Origin: Ostreococcus lucimarinus
Taxonomy: Eukaryota
Reading direction: 5' to 3' (one strand)
Assembly (NCBI GenBank): GCA_000092065.1
Contig: CP000590.1
Length of the DNA stretch: 64,000 bases
Shown here: piece by piece, positions 17,265 to 26,061 of the stretch
Position numbering within the stretch: the first letter of the stretch is position 1
Layout of the letters: each line of letters starts with the position of its first letter
The notes under the pieces: model-generated
Database searches by the model: none
What the model saw: only the letters and a program-made list of their open reading frames with translations
Told to the model about the DNA's origin: nothing
Position numbers and translations under genes: made by a program

Positions 17265-18173
17265 ATGGTGGACTACTCAAAGTTCGATCGCATCGTCGCC
17301 GACGCGAGCGACGACGAGGACGAGGCGCGAACGCGCGCGACGCCGAACGTGACGAGACTGGATGCTGGGACGAAAATCACATTCGGAAACGGACGCGCGA
17401 CGATCGCGACGCGCGCGGACGCGGACGACGACGACGACGGCGATCGCCGGGAGCGCGACGCGGACGCGCGCGGCGCGAACGAGGGCGCGGAGGGGACGAT
17501 GAGCGAACGGGAGCTGCGCGCGGCGCTCGAGGCTCGGGACGCGGCGGCGGCGCGGGACGCGGCGCGAGCGACGCCGAGCGCGCGCGGCGACGACGTCGCC
17601 GGCGCGCGAGGCGCGAATCGGGAGACGTGTTTGACGAAGATGACGCGGAACGGTGGGGTGGTTCTGGACGCCGGGACGAAGGAGGAGCGGTATTATTGGC
17701 GGCAGGACGCGAGCGAGGCGACGCTGAGCGTCGTCGTGGCGCCCGGGACCAAGGCGAAGGACGCGCGCGTGCGCGTGACGGCGACGGAGGTGGAGATCAG
17801 TGTGCTGAATCGCGAGACCGGGGCGAGTGAGGTGGTCTTACGAGGTGAGTGGGCGCATGAGATCGACCCCGAGCCGCGCGACGAGGACGACGAGTACGCG
17901 CCGACGACGTTCGGCGACTGGGAAATCACAGATTTTGAAGGCGCGGACGCGCGTCGCGTCGTGCGCGTCACCGTGCGCAAAAAAGCTTCCCAAATGTTGA
18001 CGCACTGGTGGCGCTCGTGCATCAAAGGCGCGCCCGAGGAGGATCCCTCGACGTTTGAGGATCGAAATTCGTCTCGCGCGGAAGCCGGGCGTCGCGCGTG
18101 GGAGGAAGCGCAGGAAATGTTTCGCGAGCGCGTGAAAACCCGGGAAAAAGTCGAAATCGACGCGCACGATTAA
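17265..18173 (+). CDS. CS (p23/HSP20-like) domain protein with acidic N-terminal region
   Basis: Beta-sandwich CS-domain-like segment RYYWRQDASEATLSVVVAPGTKAKDARVRVTATEVEISVLNRETGASEVVLRGEWAHEIDPE...DWEI. Asp/Glu/Arg-rich N-terminus. Good codon bias. Confidence 0.5.
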   Translation: MVDYSKFDRIVADASDDEDEARTRATPNVTRLDAGTKITFGNGRATIATRADADDDDDGDRRERDADARGANEGAEGTMSERELRAALEARDAAAARDAARATPSARGDDVAGARGANRETCLTKMTRNGGVVLDAGTKEERYYWRQDASEATLSVVVAPGTKAKDARVRVTATEVEISVLNRETGASEVVLRGEWAHEIDPEPRDEDDEYAPTTFGDWEITDFEGADARRVVRVTVRKKASQMLTHWWRSCIKGAPEEDPSTFEDRNSSRAEAGRRAWEEAQEMFRERVKTREKVEIDAHD

Positions 18174-18280
18174 CCGCGCGCGTCACCGTTCGATTCGTCA
18201 CCGTTCAAAATCTCATTTCTTGTTCTACAACGCTATCGTCGCGTCGCGCCGTCGCCGCGACCCGCGGCTCGCGTCCGCGC

Positions 18281-18502
18281 TCACTTCTTCCCCAGTTCCA
18301 CCTCGAGCCCGTTATACGGAAACGTCTTCGGCGCAAACGGCGTCGTCGACGGTTTATCCACCATCGTCGCTAATCCGTACACGCCGCCCAAGAACGCGAA
18401 CGCGCTCGCCAGGTACGTCGCCGCCCGCGCCTTCGTCACGATGCGCGCCGGCACGTCGTCCAGCGCCGGCTCCGGGTGCGCGTCTCCCGCGTCCCACGTC
18501 AA
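18281..18502 (-). CDS. Small (73 aa) single-pass membrane protein, unassigned
   Basis: MTWDAGDAHPEPALDDVPARIVTKARAATYLASAFAFLGGVYGLATMVDKPSTTPFAPKTFPYNGLEVELGKK. One TM helix with a GGxxG motif. Strong G/C third-position bias typical of genuine genes here. It lies in the spacer between the CS-domain gene and VPS4. Confidence 0.45.
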   Translation of the reverse strand: MTWDAGDAHPEPALDDVPARIVTKARAATYLASAFAFLGGVYGLATMVDKPSTTPFAPKTFPYNGLEVELGKK

Positions 18503-18539
18503 CTCCGCCTCCTCGGGTATCTATCTCGCGTCATCGCGC

Positions 18540-19200
18540 CCCCGTCGTCGTCGTCGTCAGTCTTCGCGCGTCGCCTTCGTCGGTCGCCTTCGTCTTCGTC
18601 GTAGGGCTCCGCGATCGCCCCCGTCCGTCCCGCGTCTCCCCTCGCTCGCGCGTCGTCGTCGTCGCGCGTCGCGTCGCGCCGTCTCGCCCCCGTCGTCGTC
18701 GCGCGTCGTCGTCGCGCGCGCGTCGCGTCTCGTCGCCCTCGCGCACCTCCCGCACCGGCGCGCGCGTCGGTTCGATCGCCGGTCCCACGCCCGCGCGAGC
18801 GCGCGCGCTCGTCGCGACGCCGCGCGTCTTCGCGCCCGCGCGCGCGAGCCGCGTCGCGAGCTCGATCGCGCGTCCGCGCGGCATGCGTCGTCGCGCGTCG
18901 TCGTGTGGCGTCGAGACGACCGACGCCGCGGATTCGCGCGACGCGACACGTCGACGCTCGACGCGACGCGACGCGACGCGACGCGCGACGCGGGACGCGC
19001 GTCGATCGCGCGCGAGGCGACGTCGGACGCGCGCGTCGAGCGCCGCGCGCGTCGCGATCGAGCGCGCGCGCGCGGCTCGCGAGATTCGAACGCGCGAGAT
19101 TCGATCGCGTCGGTTCGGCACCGCGCGACGCGCGCGGCGACGCGCGACGAGCGGCGCGGCGAGGGACGTCGGGACGTCGGGACGTCGACGGAGGCGAACG
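18540..19200. repeat. Extremely GC-rich low-complexity block with CGTCGTCG/CGCGAC runs
   Basis: Six-frame translation gives only poly-Arg/Ala/Asp/Ser low-complexity peptides on both strands. Contains cgacgcgacgcgacgcgacgcgacgcg and cgtcgtcgtcgtcgtc runs. Lies immediately upstream of the VPS4 ATG at 19201. Confidence 0.6.
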
Positions 19201-20529
19201 ATGGAGGGCGGCGCGTCGATACGCGATAAGGCGATCGCGTTCGTGCGAGAGGCGGTGAGGGAGGACCAGGCTGGGGCGTACGAGGCGGCGTTTAAGTTGT
19301 ACTTGGTCGCGCTGGAGCACTTTGGGGTGTATTTAAAGTACGAAAAGAACCCGCGGATGGCGGAGACGGTGCGAGGGAAGTATAAGGAGTATTTGGTGCG
19401 AGCGGAGGAGCTGCAGAAGATCGTGCAGGGGCGGAAGAACGCGAAGGAGGTGAGCGGGACGGGGGCGAGCGGGGCGCAGAGAGAGAAGAGCGGCGACGCG
19501 GACGGGGACGCGGAGTTGGCGAAGATGAAGGGCCAACTCGGTGGAGCGATCGTGACGGAAAAACCGAACGTGAAGTGGGATGACGTCGCGGGGTTGCAAC
19601 TCGCGAAGGAGGCGCTCAAGGAGGCGGTGGTGTTGCCGGTGAAGTTTCCGCAGTTTTTCACCGGGAAGCGCAAGGCGTGGAGCGGGTTCTTGTTGTACGG
19701 ACCCCCGGGGACGGGGAAGAGCTATCTCGCCAAAGCCGTGGCCACGGAAGCGGATTCGACGTTCTTCTCCATCTCGTCGAGCGATTTGGTGAGTAAATGG
19801 ATGGGGGAGAGCGAAAAGTTGGTTTCCCAACTGTTCAGTTTGGCGCGCGAGCAGGCGCCGTCCATCATCTTCATAGACGAGATCGACGCTTTGTGTGGCG
19901 CGAGAGGGGAAAACGGCGAGTCTGAAGCGTCTAGACGCATCAAGACGGAGATTCTAGTTCAAATGCAAGGCGTCGGTAACTCGTCTGGAAAGGTGTTAGT
20001 GCTCGCGGCGACGAACACGCCGTACGCGCTGGATCAAGCCGTGCGACGTCGGTTCGACAAGAGAATCTACATCCCACTTCCAGACGAAGCCGCGCGCGCG
20101 CATATTTTTCGCGTGCACGTCGGGGAAACCCCAAACGATCTCACGGATGAGGATTACCACGCCCTCGGCGCCGCCACGGAGGGCTTCAGCGGTTCCGACA
20201 TCGACCACGTCGTCAAGGATGTCCTGTACGAACCCGTGCGCAAGGTCCAAGAGGCGACACACTTCATCACCGTCCAGAATCCACCCAACGCCCCCTCCGA
20301 GGACGCCCCCGAGACTGAGTACTACATTCCATGCTCTCCCGGCGCCGCCGGCGCGTGGCCGTCTTCGCTCGAGGAGCTCGCTCGACTCGGCTACGCCGCT
20401 CGCGTCCTCCCGCCCCCGATCACCGCAAACGATTTCCGCAAGGTGCTCTTACGCGCGCGACCCACCGTCGCCGCCGCAGATCTCGAGCTTCACGAAAAGT
20501 TCACCCGTGAATTCGGCGAGGAGGGCTAG
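19201..20529 (+). CDS. VPS4: Vacuolar protein sorting 4 (VPS4/SKD1) AAA ATPase, ESCRT-III disassembly
   Basis: N-terminal MIT domain (MEGGASIRDKAIAFVREAVREDQAGAYEAAFKLYLVALEHFGVYLKYEKNPRMAETVRGKYKEYLVRAEELQKIV). AAA Walker A (GPPGTGKSYLAKAVA) and Walker B (IIFIDEIDAL). VPS4-type C-terminal helix. The ORF track starts at 18220, which falls inside the low-complexity block. Confidence 0.92.
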   Translation: MEGGASIRDKAIAFVREAVREDQAGAYEAAFKLYLVALEHFGVYLKYEKNPRMAETVRGKYKEYLVRAEELQKIVQGRKNAKEVSGTGASGAQREKSGDADGDAELAKMKGQLGGAIVTEKPNVKWDDVAGLQLAKEALKEAVVLPVKFPQFFTGKRKAWSGFLLYGPPGTGKSYLAKAVATEADSTFFSISSSDLVSKWMGESEKLVSQLFSLAREQAPSIIFIDEIDALCGARGENGESEASRRIKTEILVQMQGVGNSSGKVLVLAATNTPYALDQAVRRRFDKRIYIPLPDEAARAHIFRVHVGETPNDLTDEDYHALGAATEGFSGSDIDHVVKDVLYEPVRKVQEATHFITVQNPPNAPSEDAPETEYYIPCSPGAAGAWPSSLEELARLGYAARVLPPPITANDFRKVLLRARPTVAAADLELHEKFTREFGEEG

Positions 20530-20667
20530 TTCCTCTCCTTCGCTCGCTTGTTGTAACAAAACATCCATCCGTCGCGACGCGTCGTTCGCCTCCCAAATTT
20601 GAAAATTTCGACAGCTCGCGCCCATCGATCGAACGTTCCGCCGCACACTCGCGCGCGCCCGCGCGCG

Positions 20668-23175
20668 ATGGCGCCGAGCAACAAACAACAGACACTAGCC
20701 GGGTTCTTCGGCCTGCCCAACGTCCCGAAAGTCGTCGACGAGGCGTCGCCGGGGAAGTCGAGCGATGAGAATGAGATTCAAACTCAAACGAAATCGCCGA
20801 TGAAGAGCGACGCCGCGTCGCCGATGGCGAAGAAACAGCGCGTCGACGACGCGACTGCGGTGGCGAACGCCGTCGCGGATGATGCGGTGCGAGCGAAGGC
20901 GGGAGATGGCGGCGCGGTGGAGGCGACGAAGGAGGCGGAGGCGCGAGCGGCGCGCGAGGACGACGGCGAGGACGACGACGCGATTGAAATGGATGAGGAT
21001 GAGGATGAGGATGAGGATGAAGACGAGATGGCGAACGTGGGAGAGCGACGACGAAAACGGGCGGGCGGCGGTGGTCGGGCGTTGCCGGATGATTACGAAG
21101 AAGAGTCGGAAGAGGAGTCGGGCGAGGAGGAGGAGGACGACATCGAAGACGTTGAAATCGGATCGCCGAAGACTGGGAAGATGCCCAAGGCGAAGGCGAA
21201 GGCGAAGACCAAGGCGAAGAAGGAAGAACCGGCCACGGCTGGGCTCGGAGACAAGTCCGTGGAGGCGGCGGAGCGGTATTTGGAGTATGATCCGGTGTCG
21301 AAGGTGACGTGGAAGCTCGGCGACGCGACGCCGTATTTGTATCTCGCGAATATTTTCGAGTCCATCGCGGAAACGACGAAAAGATTGGAGATCGCGGAGC
21401 TGCTGACAAATGCTTTCCGGACGATTTTAGCGAGTAAACCGACTGATCTCTTGGCGGCGGTGTACTTGGCGTCGAACACCATTCATCCGCAGCACGAAGG
21501 TATCGACCTCGGCATCGGGGATGCGACGCTCATCAAGGCGCTCGCTGAGGCCACGGGGCGGAAAGACGAATCGATTAAGAATGACTATAAGGAAGCTGGC
21601 GATCTTGGAAGCGTGGCCATGGCGAGTCGTTCGACGCAGCGCATGATGTTCCCGCCGCCACCGTTGACGGTGACGGGCGTGCTCAAGGAGTTTAGAGCCA
21701 TCGCCACGACCGATGGCGAAAAGAGCGTCGATCGCAAGAAAGGTATGATCAAGAAGCTCCTCGTCTCCGCGCGCGAGTGCGAGGCGGGTTACGTCATTCG
21801 CTCGCTCCAAGGTAAACTACGAATCGGCCTCGCTCAACAGACGGTGACGCAAAGTCTCGCGCACGCCATCGTCTTGCACGGCGACGCCGGAAAGAAGAAG
21901 AAGGGCGCCGAGCTCGCCGATGCCTTGGGTGCAGCATTCGACGTGCTCAAGCAAGTATTTAGCGAATGTCCGACTTTTGATCAAATCGTCCCGGCGCTAC
22001 TTGAGGTTGGTATCGAAGGCTTGCAAGAGCGTTGCAAATTCACCCCGGGTGTCCCCGTCAAGCCGATGTTAGCCAAGCCTACGACTGGGGTGTCTGAAGT
22101 GTTGAAGCGCTTCGAAGACATCGCGTTTACGTGTGAATACAAGTACGATGGAGAGCGCGCGCAGATTCACCTCCAAGAAAATGGCAAGGTGTCCATCTTC
22201 TCCCGCAACCAAGAGGACAACACGGCCAAGTTTCCCGATCTCATAAACGGTCTCAAGCGATACATCAAGCCTCATGTGAAGTCTGTCGTCATCGACTGCG
22301 AAGCCGTTGCATACGATAGAGAACAAAACAAGATCTTGCCGTTCCAGATTTTGAGCACGCGAGGAAAGAAAAACATCGTTGAATCGGAGATCAAAGTCAA
22401 AGTCGCTCTCTACGCGTTTGACTGCCTGTACCTCAACGGCGAACCGCTGTTGCGCGAGCCGATGCACAAGCGCCGCGAAGCACTTTACAGCGCATTCCAA
22501 GAAGTTCCCGGCGAATTCTTCTTCGTCACCGAGAAGACATCTCGCGATATCGATGAACTGCAAGGATTTTTGGACGAATCTATCGCAGAGAACACCGAAG
22601 GTTTGATTGTCAAGACGCTCGACGCGACGTACGAACCGTCCAAGCGCTCCCTCAACTGGCTTAAGCTCAAGAAGGATTACATGGAAGGCTGCGGTGACTC
22701 ATTAGATTTAGTTCCAATCGGCGCTTGGCTCGGACGCGGTAAGCGTACGGGCGTTTATGGCGCGTACTTACTCGCCTGTTTCGACGAAGACGGCGAAGAG
22801 TACCAATCCATCTGTAAAATAGGCACCGGCTTCAGCGAAGTCATCCTCGAGGAATTGGCCAACGCCATGAACCCACACGTCATAGACGGTCCGCGTTCGT
22901 ACTACAAGGTATCCGACGCCATGAAACCCGACGTGTGGTTCGAACCGAAGCAAGTGTGGGAAGTCAAAGCCGCCGACTTGTCAATCTCTCCGGTTCACCA
23001 AGCCGCGTGTGGATTGGTCGATCCGCAAAAGGGCATCGCGCTGCGCTTTCCTCGCTTCTTACGTCGCCGCGACGACAAAGAGCCCGAGATGGCGACCAAC
23101 TCCGAGCAAGTCGCCGAGTTTTACAACGCCCAGGCCAACAAGCAAGAGTTTAACGCCAACGGAGATGACGATTAA
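20668..23175 (+). CDS. LIG1: ATP-dependent DNA ligase I
   Basis: N-terminal PIP box MAPSNKQQTLAGFFG (QxxLxxFF). Adenylation motif CEYKYDGERAQIH (KxDGxR). Motifs EGLIVK and DLVPIGAW. Conserved OB-fold C-terminus. Acidic (DE)n stretch encoded by a GATGAG repeat at about 20985-21030. Confidence 0.93.
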   Translation: MAPSNKQQTLAGFFGLPNVPKVVDEASPGKSSDENEIQTQTKSPMKSDAASPMAKKQRVDDATAVANAVADDAVRAKAGDGGAVEATKEAEARAAREDDGEDDDAIEMDEDEDEDEDEDEMANVGERRRKRAGGGGRALPDDYEEESEEESGEEEEDDIEDVEIGSPKTGKMPKAKAKAKTKAKKEEPATAGLGDKSVEAAERYLEYDPVSKVTWKLGDATPYLYLANIFESIAETTKRLEIAELLTNAFRTILASKPTDLLAAVYLASNTIHPQHEGIDLGIGDATLIKALAEATGRKDESIKNDYKEAGDLGSVAMASRSTQRMMFPPPPLTVTGVLKEFRAIATTDGEKSVDRKKGMIKKLLVSARECEAGYVIRSLQGKLRIGLAQQTVTQSLAHAIVLHGDAGKKKKGAELADALGAAFDVLKQVFSECPTFDQIVPALLEVGIEGLQERCKFTPGVPVKPMLAKPTTGVSEVLKRFEDIAFTCEYKYDGERAQIHLQENGKVSIFSRNQEDNTAKFPDLINGLKRYIKPHVKSVVIDCEAVAYDREQNKILPFQILSTRGKKNIVESEIKVKVALYAFDCLYLNGEPLLREPMHKRREALYSAFQEVPGEFFFVTEKTSRDIDELQGFLDESIAENTEGLIVKTLDATYEPSKRSLNWLKLKKDYMEGCGDSLDLVPIGAWLGRGKRTGVYGAYLLACFDEDGEEYQSICKIGTGFSEVILEELANAMNPHVIDGPRSYYKVSDAMKPDVWFEPKQVWEVKAADLSISPVHQAACGLVDPQKGIALRFPRFLRRRDDKEPEMATNSEQVAEFYNAQANKQEFNANGDDD

Positions 23176-23277
23176 TAGAACGCGCGCCGCGAACGTTGTC
23201 AACGCAAAAACCAACCGTTCCTCAGATGCCGCCGCGCCGCGCCCGCGCGCTCGCGCGCCGCGTCGTTCGCACCGCCC

Positions 23278-25134
23278 ATGGCGAACAACGCCGTCACTAA
23301 CTTCCACGCGAACAGCCGTCTGCACTTCATAGGCTCATGGCGCGCGCGTTACGATGTGTTTCTCGACGCCAAGCTCGCCCAAAAGCAGCACGATTCCGCG
23401 ACGAATCGCACGCGCGACGTCGCGTCGACGTCGCGCGCGACGCCGCGCACGATTTTTCACGTCGACATGGACTGTTTCTTCGCGAGCGTCGCGATGCGCG
23501 CGCGACCGGAGCTGTCGACGGAGACGCCGCTGGCGGTGTCGTGGGGGACGAGCGCGAGCAAAAGAGGCGAAGTGTCGAGCGCGAATTACGCGGCGCGCGC
23601 GTTCGGCGTGAAAGCCGGCATGTGGCTCGACGAGGCGCTGCGACTGTGTCCAGAATTAGTGCTCGCGCCGTATGATTTCGCAGAGTACGAAAAAGTGGCG
23701 CTGGAGGTGTATGAAATTTTGTTTGAAGCGTCGCGAGGAGAGTGCGTCGGGATTTCGTGCGACGAAGCTTTCATCGACGTCACGAGTCGATGCGAGTCCG
23801 AGGACGCCGTGGCCGTGGCGGAGCAGATTCGCAGGGATGTTTACGCGAAGACGAAGTGCGCGTGCTCGATAGGGATCGGGTCTAATATGTTGTTAGCGAG
23901 GTTGGCGACGCGAAGAGCTAAGCCAGATGGCGCGTTTCGAGTCGAGCCGAAGGATGAGCGCGAATTCATCGCGAAGACGCGATTGGCGGATTTACCGGGA
24001 TTCGGACGACACGCGGGTGAGAAGTTGCAAAAGTCCACCAAAATTCGCGTCACGGATACGTGTGAAACGCTCCTGAAAGTTCCAGTGGCGACGCTGAAGA
24101 GCGCACTAGGCGCACAGAAAACCGAAAAACTCCTCGAAGCGGCGCGAGGCATCGACAAGACGCCGTGGTGCGTGCGACCACAGCGCAAGAGCATCGGCGC
24201 GCAAATGTCTTGGGGCGTCCGGTGTGCATCAAATGAAGTAGCGATGGACTACGTTAAACAACTCGTGAGAGAGGTAGCGTACCGCATGCAACGCTTGAAA
24301 ATTCGCGGTCGCGCGCTCAACTTAAAGCTTTGGCGGGCTATTCCAGACGTGAACACGATGCGAGATTATCAAGGTCACGGCGCATGCGATGTGCTGACGC
24401 GCACAAAAGCGATGCGGGAGTTGAGTAACGACACCGAACTTATCATCAGCGAGGCTCTAACGATATTGCGAGAGTTGAACGTCGAAGCGACGTCGATACG
24501 CGGGTTAGGTGTTTCGATTACAAAGTTGGAACACGGCGCGGAGACGGCGACGTCTCCGGGCGCAAAACAACCAACTCTTTCGCAAATGTTTGCCAAACGC
24601 ACAGCGGAGAAAGCAACACACGAGGAAGAAACATGTGTACTTGCGGCGAGCGATGAAGAGTTGGCGGAGACGGAGTCTGAGGGCGACGACGACGTCGCGG
24701 ACACGCAGTCGCAGCTGACGCAAAACGATTGCGACTTTACGTTGTTCAACTCGCAGGCGGAAATAGATAGCGACAGGGAAAGATCGATACGCGACGCATT
24801 CGAAGCCGCAGCGCGGGCGTATGCATGGCAAAGATTCGAGCTCGGACGCTTAAAACTTAGCAAGCGAAGACGCGACACGTTGAGCGAGGACGAGTACGCG
24901 AGACGCGCTTGCGCTCGAGCTGCCGATGTCATCGCGACGCAAGCGCGGAGATCATACGCTCAGGATGGTGAAACCGGTCTGAACGCCTTACTCAACGACG
25001 CTCGAGCGCTGTGTCGATCGCAAGAGCTATTACACGAAACGTACTCATCACAGGGCGCCGCGTTCATCGCCGCCTGGCTCGATCGAGTCGACTCTGTGGG
25101 CAAAACAATCGTCATCGGGTCTAGCAGTCTTTAG
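23278..25134 (+). CDS. REV1: Y-family translesion DNA polymerase, REV1-like catalytic core (no BRCT domain)
   Basis: IFHVDMDCFFASVAMRARPEL (catalytic DxD). SSANYAARAFGVKAGMWLDEALRLCPELVLAPYDFAEYEKVALEVYEIL...ISCDEAFIDVT is closest to the REV1 pattern (VPYDF..Y, SCDEA.IDIT). N-terminal NSRLHFIGSWRARY resembles the REV1 N-digit. The ORF begins with only about 60 aa before the palm domain, so no BRCT is present. Confidence 0.75.
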   Translation: MANNAVTNFHANSRLHFIGSWRARYDVFLDAKLAQKQHDSATNRTRDVASTSRATPRTIFHVDMDCFFASVAMRARPELSTETPLAVSWGTSASKRGEVSSANYAARAFGVKAGMWLDEALRLCPELVLAPYDFAEYEKVALEVYEILFEASRGECVGISCDEAFIDVTSRCESEDAVAVAEQIRRDVYAKTKCACSIGIGSNMLLARLATRRAKPDGAFRVEPKDEREFIAKTRLADLPGFGRHAGEKLQKSTKIRVTDTCETLLKVPVATLKSALGAQKTEKLLEAARGIDKTPWCVRPQRKSIGAQMSWGVRCASNEVAMDYVKQLVREVAYRMQRLKIRGRALNLKLWRAIPDVNTMRDYQGHGACDVLTRTKAMRELSNDTELIISEALTILRELNVEATSIRGLGVSITKLEHGAETATSPGAKQPTLSQMFAKRTAEKATHEEETCVLAASDEELAETESEGDDDVADTQSQLTQNDCDFTLFNSQAEIDSDRERSIRDAFEAAARAYAWQRFELGRLKLSKRRRDTLSEDEYARRACARAADVIATQARRSYAQDGETGLNALLNDARALCRSQELLHETYSSQGAAFIAAWLDRVDSVGKTIVIGSSSL

Positions 25135-25166
25135 TTCAAATTAAGTAAATGCGCTAACATTCCTGA

Positions 25167-25955
25167 CTAACAATCCATCTCTACGACCTTTGGCTTGGAC
25201 GCACAACACACGAACATCGAGACCCGAACGGATTTCTTCTCCATCGCCGGCTCGCCGTCCAAATCCTCCGCGTACGCGTCGTCCCGCAGCGCCGTTTCCG
25301 TAGCGGTGTGAAACGAAGCCCCCCCGAGCGTCGACCCGCTCCCAGATCGCTTCACCGACGACCTATTCGTCACCGGGAACGCCTGCGTCTTCACCGGCGC
25401 GATCTCTCCCGACGCCACCTTGGCCTTATACTCGATCCACTCGCGCGTGATTTCCGGCAGCAACTCGTACGCCTTTCGAATCCCGTCCACGACGATGTTT
25501 TCAATAATCCCTCCGATCCCTCGCAGCGCCACCTGACACTCACCCTCCACCTCCACCACGCACGCGCGCGCTCCCATCTCCCTCACCGTGATCGTTCCCC
25601 TCACCACCGAGTGTTTCGTGATGTTATTCACCGTCGTGAACGCCTGCGCGAACGGCGTCGTCTTCTCCGCCCCGTTCAAATACTTCCTCGTGTCCACGAA
25701 CTCCACCTTCCCGTTCGGCACCACGCGCGCCACCAACCGCGGCAGTTTTATCCCCGGCACCGTCCGTATCACGATCGTCCGCTCGTTCGTCTCCCGCTCT
25801 AAATCATCGCGCACTATCTCCAACTCTCGCGTCCCCACGCGCTGCATGTGAAAGCTTCGATACGCATCCGTGTCCTTGTCGTCGATGAACTCGCGCGCGC
25901 TCACGCACAGTTCGCTCGTGAATTTAAACTTCTTGCACTTTTTCTTCTCCCGCAT
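25167..25955 (-). CDS. Hypothetical soluble protein (about 262 aa), unassigned fold
   Basis: Coding-biased region MREKKKCKKFKFTSELCVSAREFIDDKD...CVVEVEGECQVALRGIGGIIENIVVDGIRKAYELLPEITREWIEY.... The ORF track extends it to 26558 through a Pro/Ser-rich low-complexity segment that overlaps the Wee1 5' region. The internal Met at 25953-25955 is preferred as the start. Confidence 0.4.
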   Translation of the reverse strand: MREKKKCKKFKFTSELCVSAREFIDDKDTDAYRSFHMQRVGTRELEIVRDDLERETNERTIVIRTVPGIKLPRLVARVVPNGKVEFVDTRKYLNGAEKTTPFAQAFTTVNNITKHSVVRGTITVREMGARACVVEVEGECQVALRGIGGIIENIVVDGIRKAYELLPEITREWIEYKAKVASGEIAPVKTQAFPVTNRSSVKRSGSGSTLGGASFHTATETALRDDAYAEDLDGEPAMEKKSVRVSMFVCCASKPKVVEMDC

Positions 25956-26061
25956 CGCGCGCGATCCGCGCGCGCGCGGGAATCGCGTCGAGAAGTCGCG
26001 ATCGGGACGCTTCGAGTCAACGCGTTTCAAACTGCGTCGCCTCACATCGCGGCGCGTCGCG

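Noticed and set aside
18220-19200. Long N-terminal extensions reported by the ORF track for VPS4, and similarly for COQ6 (44332-45123), E2-like (39046-39570), ribokinase (12023-12955), SRP54 (2560-2709), MFS (43573-44403) and the GT32 fusion (54777-55112)
   Set aside because: These extensions are Arg/Ala/Pro low complexity. They overlap neighbouring well-supported genes on the other strand or upstream. Each contains an internal Met that coincides with the conserved protein N-terminus. They are treated as UTR or spacer.
18441-19673. Multiple overlapping Arg-rich ORFs on both strands (for example 18499..19320 -, 18531..19673 -, 18905..19258 +). Similar families occur at 33542-35200, 38194-39169, 43328-44839, 45030-46361 and 62687-63635.
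   Set aside because: No sequence complexity or motif. All frames are open because the DNA is about 75% GC with few stop-forming triplets. Not supportable as genes.
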